A stretch of 64,000 nucleotides of DNA, from positions 1 through 64,000 of IMG/VR virus record IMGVR_UViG_3300020045_009879; one strand, written 5' to 3'. Source of the stretch: a virus. The position numbers and the translations under genes are program-made. The stretch's first letter is position 1. Every line of letters begins with the position of its first letter. The notes under the pieces are model-generated. The model was not told the origin of the DNA, ran no database searches, and saw nothing but the letters and a program-made list of their open reading frames with translations. Below are positions 27,734 to 35,840 of this stretch, in pieces.

Positions 27734-28439
27734 TTTATATGCAGACTTAACCATTATTGAAAAGAGATTAGATACATATGGCATTAAAACTAATCTTGGC
27801 GAATTAATAACGGCAAAACCCGTTATTAATGCATTCTCATTGATTAATTGTTTGGCTATTCTACATGATATGTTTCCATATTCCGGTCCATTTAATCCCT
27901 TTAAATTCTGTAAATTAAGAGAGTTAAATGGAATAATTGTTGGTGGCTTACCCAACGATAAATTCGTTGAAAGCCTCGCTGCATGGACAGGATCGGCATA
28001 TTGTTCTGTTGACTCATCACCTGTTATAGTAAATAATTTACAACTTGCTATTGCATTAAACGAACACTCTAGCGCTCATAGAACCTGGGGATTATCCAAT
28101 AATATGAATAAACTTCAAACAAGCGGAATAATACTGCTTCCAGAGGTTTTAAGCACATATGTTGGTGGTAATGAGATAATGAAAAAAGCCTGGGAGCCAT
28201 TTATCTGGAGTTTTCTGAATAATATTACTGCATTAGACGAAAGATTGCCAATACTTTTTGTAACAGAATCCGCAGAACAGAAATTCTGTTCTGCGGTAGA
28301 GGGAGCGAGGTATGTAAATAGCATGTATATTGATGATGAAAATGATAGAAAAAATAGTAAGGCACTTGGCCAATTTGAGCACATTATTACAGAAAATGGT
28401 GCTAGATATTTTAACCTTTATAAATTAGCACAAAAATGA
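27681..28439 (+). CDS. uracil-DNA glycosylase family 1 homologue, catalytic residues lost
   Basis: Colinear with UNG: FNPFKFC...GIIVGGLPN (GQDPY), GSAYC (GLAFS), GIILLPEVLS (GVLLLNTVLT), AWEPF; HPSP absent. Confidence 0.7.
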   Translation: MKIFQTMQAMEMSQNYTDLYADLTIIEKRLDTYGIKTNLGELITAKPVINAFSLINCLAILHDMFPYSGPFNPFKFCKLRELNGIIVGGLPNDKFVESLAAWTGSAYCSVDSSPVIVNNLQLAIALNEHSSAHRTWGLSNNMNKLQTSGIILLPEVLSTYVGGNEIMKKAWEPFIWSFLNNITALDERLPILFVTESAEQKFCSAVEGARYVNSMYIDDENDRKNSKALGQFEHIITENGARYFNLYKLAQK

Positions 28440-29497
28440 TAGAAAAGGATCAATTATTAACATTGCAATCTTTTAGTCTGGAAGAAGAATATCGTGCAAG
28501 TAGCAGTTTAAACTACTCACTACTTAAAGATCTTGTTAATGGTCCAAAGGCATTAGCAGAGGAGCGGTCGTTAAGACCCTCCTCTGCTTTGCAAATTGGA
28601 TCGTTTGTTGATATGTATTATACCAATAGAGAAAGGCTGTATGATGTATTCAGTGTAGATAAGCCAAAGATAAAACTGTCTGATTCATTTGAACAGGTAT
28701 ATAATCATTTTGCAAATATTAAGCAATGGAATCCTACGCCAGAAGAAATTGTCTCTGTATGCAAAGCACTTGGATTGTTTACTAAGATGAGCGATGACGT
28801 TGTAACAGAGAGAATTCCGCCTGGTTTATTGAAAAAATTGGATAATGCACAAAAGACAGAGGGAAAAGTATTACTATCACCAGAGGATAATTCAAAATGT
28901 TTTCAAGCAATAGATAATATTGATTCCTGCCCAGAGGCCACTGATTTAATTACAGAAGGAGAAAACGAAGTCATACTCCATCAATTTAAATTGGAATTTC
29001 CACTCACTTTAGACTCTGGCAAAATAAGAACGTTTAAAGTTATGTTGGATTTTATTAAGTTAAAATTTGATACACTAGAAATGTTTGGCATGGATCTTAA
29101 AACTGGAACACGAGCATCACATAAATTCTATGATCAATTTGTAGAATACAGATATGATATACAGGGGATACTCTATTATTTAGGATTATTGGCTCTTAGG
29201 ATGATGATACGCGAACGATTTGGTGTTGAATTTAATAAGCCCACGTCTCATAATTTTAAGTTCTTATATAGCCCTAAAATGCAATCTAAACTACCTATTA
29301 TAGTTCCCATGGATGATAATTGGATTAGATTAAATGGTGGAGAATATTTTGAACATAAAGGCGTACGTTACCCAGGATTCTGGAAACTTGTTAATGATGC
29401 AGATTGGTATATTAACAACCAAGAATTTTCCAATCATAGAATTGTTGCAGAGAAGAGGGAATACAATATTTCACAACTTTCAGGTTTAATTATATGA
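28436..29497 (+). CDS. PD-(D/E)XK exonuclease (RecE/ExoVIII, DUF3799-like)
   Basis: YSLLK, GSFVD, K..LD, DLKT, YRYDIQ..LY. Confidence 0.8.
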   Translation: MIEKDQLLTLQSFSLEEEYRASSSLNYSLLKDLVNGPKALAEERSLRPSSALQIGSFVDMYYTNRERLYDVFSVDKPKIKLSDSFEQVYNHFANIKQWNPTPEEIVSVCKALGLFTKMSDDVVTERIPPGLLKKLDNAQKTEGKVLLSPEDNSKCFQAIDNIDSCPEATDLITEGENEVILHQFKLEFPLTLDSGKIRTFKVMLDFIKLKFDTLEMFGMDLKTGTRASHKFYDQFVEYRYDIQGILYYLGLLALRMMIRERFGVEFNKPTSHNFKFLYSPKMQSKLPIIVPMDDNWIRLNGGEYFEHKGVRYPGFWKLVNDADWYINNQEFSNHRIVAEKREYNISQLSGLII

Positions 29498-30456
29498 ATT
29501 TACAAAATTTAAAATATACATATGAGATATTAGATAATGTCTTCGAAAAAAATATTGCCTTTTCCCTTGGCGGTTATTATTCTTTAGTAAAACAAAACAT
29601 ACTGGAAGAATTTCGTCCAATAAATGATATAGATGTAAATATAATTATTGATAAAGGGGCATCAATGGAATTAATACAAGATAGAATTGTAAATTTCTTT
29701 CATGATTTTACTGCATTTCAAAGAAATTCTAATAATGATTATATCTTAAGGCTAAACACGGAACCGGAAAGAAATTATTATAAAAAAAGATCAAAACAGA
29801 TTCAACAAGATCCAGAAATAGAATCAGATGTATGTTTTTCTATATCATTAACAGCAAAAAGTATAAAAGACTATCTTGATGAACAAAAAAAGGTAAAAGT
29901 TGTTTCCTGGGATACACCGTATTATTTATCATCAAGTGCTACATATTATCCATCAGCAGAATGGACAGAAAGCCCACAATCAGCAGTCAGTAGTTCACGA
30001 TTAAGTTCTCCAAGTTTTTATTGGAGTGGAACCAATAATCCATATGAATTTCCAATTGGAACAACTAAAAAGATTAAAGAAAAAGAAGATCCAAGGGTGT
30101 TTGTATCACATCATGCATTTAATGATTTTATAAAAAAGCAAATGTTTGATAAATTAATTGACTTGGTGTTATCTAGCAACAATGAGTTAACAATAGACTT
30201 TTTTCTTATGGAACATGATCCTAAACATAATCAAGTATTTGTTATAGAAAAGGAAAACTATACAGCATATTATCCAATACTAAAAGCTAAATACAAATAT
30301 TGTACAGAAAAGTTTACCCCAGAAAAGTCCTTTAAAAAACATATTCTAGATCTAAGTCTTTCTTTTAATGCAAAGAGAATTAGGGGGTTGAATTATCCAG
30401 AAGATATCGAATTATTAATTAAGAATTGGGAGGAAATGCATGAGAAAGATAAATAG
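29494..30456 (+). CDS. Pol beta-superfamily nucleotidyltransferase
   Basis: LGG..SL..Q...RP.NDIDV and distal IDFF. Confidence 0.65.
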   Translation: MNLQNLKYTYEILDNVFEKNIAFSLGGYYSLVKQNILEEFRPINDIDVNIIIDKGASMELIQDRIVNFFHDFTAFQRNSNNDYILRLNTEPERNYYKKRSKQIQQDPEIESDVCFSISLTAKSIKDYLDEQKKVKVVSWDTPYYLSSSATYYPSAEWTESPQSAVSSSRLSSPSFYWSGTNNPYEFPIGTTKKIKEKEDPRVFVSHHAFNDFIKKQMFDKLIDLVLSSNNELTIDFFLMEHDPKHNQVFVIEKENYTAYYPILKAKYKYCTEKFTPEKSFKKHILDLSLSFNAKRIRGLNYPEDIELLIKNWEEMHEKDK

Positions 30457-30922
30457 GTCAATGTATTACTTACTACCACTTGTTAGGGGATGGTCAGCTT
30501 TGGCTGAACCCCCTATCAATACATTTGCGCGTGGTGGGCATAAGAATTCATTGATATTACAATATTCAAGGGGATCAATACCTATGGGTGGTGAAAAGAT
30601 AGCAGAAGATGAAGAACATCAATATTTTCAATGTCCAATAGATAAAGAATACTTAGAAGATTATTCCCTATTAATAAACGGAGAATACAGCAAGATAAAG
30701 GACGATACAAAAAATATCCTAATATCTAGAGCTTCTGCATTAACTGATTCTCGCAGAATTGAAAAGGTACTCTATAAATCAAAGCGCCTTAGAAAACAAT
30801 TGGAAGACACCTTGGGCATAAATGATATTGATGCCATTGCAGATGAATATGATAGTAAAATGTACGATGAAGAACTTTTAAAAATTGATTATGATAAAAG
30901 TGAAAAAAGCACTGAGGTTTAA
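30440..30922 (+). CDS. conserved crAss-like hypothetical protein
   Basis: YYLLPL...DY.L.I.GEYSKI...K motif. Confidence 0.7.
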   Translation: MRKINRSMYYLLPLVRGWSALAEPPINTFARGGHKNSLILQYSRGSIPMGGEKIAEDEEHQYFQCPIDKEYLEDYSLLINGEYSKIKDDTKNILISRASALTDSRRIEKVLYKSKRLRKQLEDTLGINDIDAIADEYDSKMYDEELLKIDYDKSEKSTEV

Positions 30923-31184
30923 TGAAGGAAAGTTAGATTGGACATTGCTGGACTATCCATCATTAGTCCCTCTGGTAGAAGCAATGACTAAAGGAGCAGA
31001 GAAATATGAAAGGTTTAACTGGCAGTTACCATGCGATGATCCAAGGCAACATTTACAATCTGCAATGCGACATTTGATTGCAATTATTAGTGGAGAAGAA
31101 ATTGATAAAGAGAGTGGCGTAAGGCATGTCGGTCATTTAATGGCTAATGCAATGATGTATGTTTTTCATACTAAAGAAACTTAA
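30891..31184 (+). CDS. dATP/dGTP diphosphohydrolase domain protein (DUF5664-like)
   Basis: RFNEGK..W.LL, GAEKY..NW, SAMRHL, D.ESG..H..H...NAM. Confidence 0.85.
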   Translation: MIKVKKALRFNEGKLDWTLLDYPSLVPLVEAMTKGAEKYERFNWQLPCDDPRQHLQSAMRHLIAIISGEEIDKESGVRHVGHLMANAMMYVFHTKET

Positions 31185-31188
31185 AATT

Positions 31189-31752
31189 ATGAAGATAGGA
31201 ACAAAATCAATATTGTTTGGAGCACACTGCTTTTTTTTACATCCGTTATTTGTTGCTTTAGCATGGAATAGACTTTATGGATTTCCATTAGATCCTCGTC
31301 TATGGATTGCATTTTTTGTGCATGATATAGGGTATTGGGGAAAACCTAATATAGATGGTCCAGAAGGCGAGACACATGTTGAACTAGGCGCTAAAATAAT
31401 GAGTATATTTGGTAAAGAATGGGCGGATTTAAGCATGTATCATTCAAGATATTATGCAAAAAAGAATAATGCCAAACCATCCAAACTTTGTTTTGCAGAT
31501 AAATTATCATTTGCCTGCACTCCACATTGGTTATATCTTCCAATGGTAAATTTTACTGGAGAAATATATGAATATCTAAAAAATGGTAAAAAGGCAGAAA
31601 CAAAACATTGGAAATTAGTAGAAGGACAAAAAACCTGGCATTTACAACTTTGTAAATATATGATTAAATGGGTAGCAAAACATAAAAATGGGGATATTGA
31701 TACTTGGACTAACCCAAATAGACATGCAATTGATCGAAGTCAATATTTTTAA
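31189..31752 (+). CDS. HD-superfamily phosphohydrolase
   Basis: H...HDIGY...H.ELGA...YH...ADK. Confidence 0.75.
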   Translation: MKIGTKSILFGAHCFFLHPLFVALAWNRLYGFPLDPRLWIAFFVHDIGYWGKPNIDGPEGETHVELGAKIMSIFGKEWADLSMYHSRYYAKKNNAKPSKLCFADKLSFACTPHWLYLPMVNFTGEIYEYLKNGKKAETKHWKLVEGQKTWHLQLCKYMIKWVAKHKNGDIDTWTNPNRHAIDRSQYF

Positions 31753-31820
31753 ATAAAAAAAATATATGAATAATAATCTTAATTATTGACTATCTTTACA
31801 AAAAAACTAATACTTATATT

Positions 31821-32231
31821 ATGCCAGTAAAAAAGATTATCTATGATGGAATTAAGTTTGACAGTGCATTAGAATGCAACTGTTACAAAGCACTTATAGC
31901 CGCAGGAATTACTTTTGACCATCACACAAAGCATGAAATATTTCCAGGATTTATCTCTTCAATTACATCATTTGATAAAGATGAACGCAAGGGAAAAGAC
32001 ATGTATCTTTCCTCTGAAAAATTCGGAAGTCTCTCATATACTCCTGATTACCAGGCTAAAGACTATTCGTGGTTCATAGAAACAAAGGGTTTTCTGCGGC
32101 CTGAGGCTGCCATGCGGATAAAACTATTTAAAATGAAACTTACGCAAGAAGGAAGTACGGCGCATTATTTTATGCCAAGAAATAAAAAACACATTGATCA
32201 AACTATTGAAATAATTAAAACGTTACAATGA
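31821..32231 (+). CDS. T7 endonuclease I-like PD-(D/E)XK nuclease / resolvase
   Basis: GIKFDS.LE, YTPDY, IETKG. Confidence 0.82.
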   Translation: MPVKKIIYDGIKFDSALECNCYKALIAAGITFDHHTKHEIFPGFISSITSFDKDERKGKDMYLSSEKFGSLSYTPDYQAKDYSWFIETKGFLRPEAAMRIKLFKMKLTQEGSTAHYFMPRNKKHIDQTIEIIKTLQ

Positions 32232-32998
32232 GAGAGGAAATAAGAGAGATATTTTATCAAAGAGCCAAGTTGTTACAGAATTTAGATAAGATAGTATCTG
32301 CCGGACATAAGGCTGCCAATAAGAGTAAAAATCAAATGTCTCTCTTTGCAGAGGATGAATCGTATTCTGATATCATATTAGAAGAGCCAAAAGACTTTAA
32401 TCCATTTGAATTTGTTGAAATGGAAAAAGATACCATAGGATTTTCATTAACATATTCTGAGTATGAGAGATATGAAATGTTAAATTGCAGATATTGTAAT
32501 AGCACTTTAGAAAAGGTCTTCGGGGTAGAATTTGAAGGTAATAAAACATTTCTTGCTAAGTTGGTAGACATACAACATAAAACCAGTGGATTTGGCAATC
32601 CTTTTGCAAAATTAATATTTGCTTATGATGGAACAAAAACTAAGATGTATTTATTTGGAGATCTATATAGAAAGAATCTGGTAAAATGCTTTATCAATAG
32701 AATATATTTGATTACTGCCACACACAATATCGAACGTAATTCCCTTGATTTAGTTAATTTTATGCCAGCAGACGATGTCTCTGATCTAAATATTAAAGTC
32801 ATATGGGTCTCTGTACCACTAAGTAAATTGGCACTGCTAAAGACTTATTTATATGTGCATATGAAAGGCGACAATTTTCCTATAAATATACACGTCTCAG
32901 ATAAAAACTTTACCTATATGGAAGTATTAAGATGTAATATTAATAATGAAAATCTTGTAGAATTAAGAAAGCAGGGAATAACAATAAAATTAAGATAA
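32228..32998 (+). CDS. stand-alone DNA polymerase III alpha (DnaE) C-terminal fragment: clamp-binding motif, OB fold and CTD; no catalytic domain
   Basis: RA.LL..LD...G.K...QMSLF...EK..IG..L...Y...CN; OB-like TS..G.PFA.L...LFG.LY. Confidence 0.78.
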   Translation: MREEIREIFYQRAKLLQNLDKIVSAGHKAANKSKNQMSLFAEDESYSDIILEEPKDFNPFEFVEMEKDTIGFSLTYSEYERYEMLNCRYCNSTLEKVFGVEFEGNKTFLAKLVDIQHKTSGFGNPFAKLIFAYDGTKTKMYLFGDLYRKNLVKCFINRIYLITATHNIERNSLDLVNFMPADDVSDLNIKVIWVSVPLSKLALLKTYLYVHMKGDNFPINIHVSDKNFTYMEVLRCNINNENLVELRKQGITIKLR

Positions 32999-32999
32999 A

Positions 33000-33215
33000 A
33001 TGCCGGTACATCAAAAAGAATTATTTAAAATAAAATCTGGACAAGTTAATGTGCGTTATCCAGAACATAAAGCTGAAGCCTTAAATAGGGTATATGGAAG
33101 GACATTACCACGATTAATAAGGGGCCTATTAGATGAACTGTTATCTGACGGTCTTTTAAATGCAGAGAGAGATTTAGGACACACTGTTATACGCAGAGAA
33201 AATTTAATAATGTAA
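33000..33215 (+). CDS. possible ribbon-helix-helix DNA-binding protein
   Basis: QVNVRYPEHKAEAL...LPRLIRGLLDELL. Confidence 0.5.
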   Translation: MPVHQKELFKIKSGQVNVRYPEHKAEALNRVYGRTLPRLIRGLLDELLSDGLLNAERDLGHTVIRRENLIM

Positions 33216-33218
33216 AAT

Positions 33219-33506
33219 ATGAAAAAAGAGCGAAATAATGACGTAATATTAACAACAATTCTTAATAAAATGCTTGAAAAATATGGAGTTGATGTTAAAT
33301 ATGTGTTAAAAAATCAAGAAGTCAATGGAGAGTTATGGTATCAATACTATACAATGACGCAAAAAGAATTTGAAAAATGGCGTGAATGGACGATGAATTA
33401 TTTTAAAACCACATATATTTCTAAGGCCAACAGAGAACGCGAGTTTGACAGTATAAATTTAATGTGGGGACTTAAAATAAAAGAAGATGATGATACAACT
33501 GAATAG
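33219..33506 (+). CDS. hypothetical protein
   Basis: WYQYYTMT...W..W...L.WGLK. Confidence 0.7.
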   Translation: MKKERNNDVILTTILNKMLEKYGVDVKYVLKNQEVNGELWYQYYTMTQKEFEKWREWTMNYFKTTYISKANREREFDSINLMWGLKIKEDDDTTE

Positions 33507-34251
33507 TAAGCAATTAGTTTTTATAGGAGATATCCACGGTGATTTTGCTAAACTCCAACAACTTATAAAACCATTCACCGACACTTGTTTTATAGTATGT
33601 GGAGATTGTGGCTTTGGCTTTTCAGATACAAAGTATGCCAAGATACAGAAGATGATTAAGGCCAATTTTGATGCCGGATTAGAGAAGAGAAATAATTATC
33701 TTCTTTTCTTTAGGGGCAATCATGATGATCCTTCTTATTTTGAGGCGCCAATTAAAGATTATATTAATACTCATAGATTCAGACTCATAGAAGATTTTAC
33801 AATGGTTGAGGTTGCTGGAGAAAGAGTTTTATGTGTCGGTGGTGCTGTGTCTGTAGACAGAAGATTTAGGAAGGTTAATTCATCTTATTGGCTTGATGAA
33901 GAAATATCTTTCAAGTATTACGATTCAGTTTTTTCTTTCCCATCAGAGGATCCAGAACCAATCATAACAATTTTAGCTACACACTCTGCACCAAGAAAGT
34001 ATGTAAACGCGTATATTAAAAAAGAAGATTGGGTTAAAATATCTTTTAATTTGGATAAAAAACTTACATTAGATTGTGATCGTGAAGACAAAATACTTGA
34101 AAGGATTTATAGCAACGTTGATGCACCCAAATGGATACACGGACATTATCATTTCAGTAATGTTAGGCCAATAGAACACGGAGAACTTATAAGTCTTAAT
34201 ATTAATGAATTATATCTAATAAAATCAAAAGATTATTACAATGAGCTATAA
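33487..34251 (+). CDS. calcineurin-like metallophosphoesterase
   Basis: GDIHG, GD, RGNHD, THSAP, HGHYH. Confidence 0.93.
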   Translation: MMIQLNSKQLVFIGDIHGDFAKLQQLIKPFTDTCFIVCGDCGFGFSDTKYAKIQKMIKANFDAGLEKRNNYLLFFRGNHDDPSYFEAPIKDYINTHRFRLIEDFTMVEVAGERVLCVGGAVSVDRRFRKVNSSYWLDEEISFKYYDSVFSFPSEDPEPIITILATHSAPRKYVNAYIKKEDWVKISFNLDKKLTLDCDREDKILERIYSNVDAPKWIHGHYHFSNVRPIEHGELISLNINELYLIKSKDYYNEL

Positions 34252-34495
34252 ATTGATTAGAAAAAAGGATAACTTAATACATTGTGCTAAAAATGTATGT
34301 TATTTAACATTTTTTGAGAATGGTAGTTTTAGAAAAAAGCATTTGAAACCAAAAGTCGGCAGGTCATTATTAATGAGTCCATTTAACATATATTTTACCT
34401 GGCAAACAACTCCAATTACGAAGATAATTGAAGAAAAAGAGAATTATCTACATTTTCTTACGGAAAATAGTGAATATGAATTATTTAAAGAATAG
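34241..34495 (+). CDS. hypothetical protein
   Basis: ORF in coupled string. Confidence 0.7.
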   Translation: MSYKLIRKKDNLIHCAKNVCYLTFFENGSFRKKHLKPKVGRSLLMSPFNIYFTWQTTPITKIIEEKENYLHFLTENSEYELFKE

Positions 34496-34498
34496 ATC

Positions 34499-34804
34499 AT
34501 GAGGACAATGAAGATATATATAGTGATTGCCAGCTATAACTATGAGGATAATAGTTTGGATAATACAGCCATAATTGGAATTTTTAGACACAGATCTAAG
34601 GCTGATAAAATTTGTGAAAAATTTAGAGAAAAACAAGAATTATTAGCCAATGCACCAGAACCAATATCACCATCATCTACTTATGATCGGAGGAATCCTA
34701 CCGATGAGTGGATAAATTATTTTGATGATCATGCAAATTGGGAAGAACATCAAGAGTATGACAGTTGCGAAGTTGTAGAAAATGAACTTAACGGAGAAAG
34801 ATAA
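34499..34804 (+). CDS. hypothetical protein, family C
   Basis: MKIYIV.A...YED...IGIF.H.SKA...C.V.E.ELN. Confidence 0.72.
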   Translation: MRTMKIYIVIASYNYEDNSLDNTAIIGIFRHRSKADKICEKFREKQELLANAPEPISPSSTYDRRNPTDEWINYFDDHANWEEHQEYDSCEVVENELNGER

Positions 34805-34806
34805 TT

Positions 34807-35118
34807 GTGAAAGTATACTTAGTAGAGGCAGATTTTGATCAATATGAAGATTCTTATCAAGTATCATTAGGATTGTTTAAACATAAATCCAAAGCAGAAA
34901 TTGTTAAATTAAACTATGAACAAGACATTAAAAAATTGTGTGACGAAGTATTAGTTAAGCCAATTGCAAATGGTGAAGATGAAGATTCCCCCGAATGGGA
35001 TGAATATTGGAGTCCTGAATGGAATGAATATTGGAGTAATGAGGAGTCCAAAAGAATTGCAAATGACTTTAATTTCTGCACCATAACAGAATACGAACTT
35101 AATGAAGAAGAAAAATAA
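34807..35118 (+). CDS. hypothetical protein, family C, with internal SPEWxEYW repeat
   Basis: MKVYLV.A...YED...LGLF.H.SKA...C.I.E.ELN. Confidence 0.72.
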   Translation: MKVYLVEADFDQYEDSYQVSLGLFKHKSKAEIVKLNYEQDIKKLCDEVLVKPIANGEDEDSPEWDEYWSPEWNEYWSNEESKRIANDFNFCTITEYELNEEEK

Positions 35119-35321
35119 TGGCAACATTTGGAAGTTCTTGGAATGAAGATGATAAACCAATTGGACCAATGAGTCATTGGTTAGAAGATGATGAAGAGAT
35201 TGATGATAGTCCATTGGCTCTACGCTCTCTTAAAGAAATCATGAATGATGGGGATGCAGAAAAGAAAATTGGACCAATGTCAAGTTGGTTGTCAAAAGAC
35301 TATAACAAAAAACATAAATAA
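35118..35321 (+). CDS. small acidic protein with a duplicated IGPMSxWL motif
   Basis: IGPMSHWL and IGPMSSWL. Confidence 0.65.
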   Translation: MATFGSSWNEDDKPIGPMSHWLEDDEEIDDSPLALRSLKEIMNDGDAEKKIGPMSSWLSKDYNKKHK

Positions 35322-35322
35322 C

Positions 35323-35547
35323 ATGAGCAAAAAGACGTCAATTAAAAATAAACTTCAAGAAAGATTTGGAATTTATTTTACGCAAAAGGAACTCTATAGG
35401 GCGTTATGTAGTTTTAGTGACAGTATTGACAGGACTTATACTATTAGTGAACTAGAAAGCCTCCTAGATGGCAAAGAACGGTTGCTGGAGGAGTTTTCTG
35501 AGTTTTTACTGAATGAATTTGAACCAGAACATAAATTTATAGCATAA
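35323..35547 (+). CDS. hypothetical protein
   Basis: ATG 35323 in frame with the 35245 ORF. Confidence 0.65.
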   Translation: MSKKTSIKNKLQERFGIYFTQKELYRALCSFSDSIDRTYTISELESLLDGKERLLEEFSEFLLNEFEPEHKFIA

Positions 35548-35654
35548 TGGATGAAGAAGTATTGCTTTGTCCCCATTGTTTTGGGATATGGGATGGGGTC
35601 TATTGTTTAGAATGTGGATTTAGTGTATTTAGAATGGACCCTTATTATGATTAA
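35547..35654 (+). CDS. 35-aa Zn-ribbon microprotein (not in ORF track)
   Basis: MDEEVLLCPHCFGIWDGVYCLECGF...; TAATG coupling. Confidence 0.55.
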   Translation: MDEEVLLCPHCFGIWDGVYCLECGFSVFRMDPYYD

Positions 35655-35804
35655 AAAATAATATTATGAAGGTAGAATTTTCAATGTGTAGCTTTGATAA
35701 TATCCTGTTAGGATTAATGACAGCAAGAGGACAGGATGAGGATGGTGAATTTATTACCTTATCGCTGGGATTATTATTCTTTGAGGTAAGTTGGTATTGG
35801 TATT

Positions 35805-35840
35805 AAAAGAAAAAGCGGCTTTTGGCCGCTTATCTTTTTT
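35805..35840. terminator. bidirectional intrinsic terminator between the convergent gene blocks
   Basis: A-tract, aagcggct-ttt-ggccgctt hairpin, T-tract. Confidence 0.85.

Noticed and set aside
30891-31752. 2-aminoadenine (Z-genome) pathway suggested by DUF5664-like and HD genes
   Set aside because: No PurZ/PurA homologue or dedicated polymerase in the window.
32228-32998. Split-intein or intron-split DnaE
   Set aside because: No intein C-terminal motif at its start, no intron core nearby, and no upstream DnaE exon.
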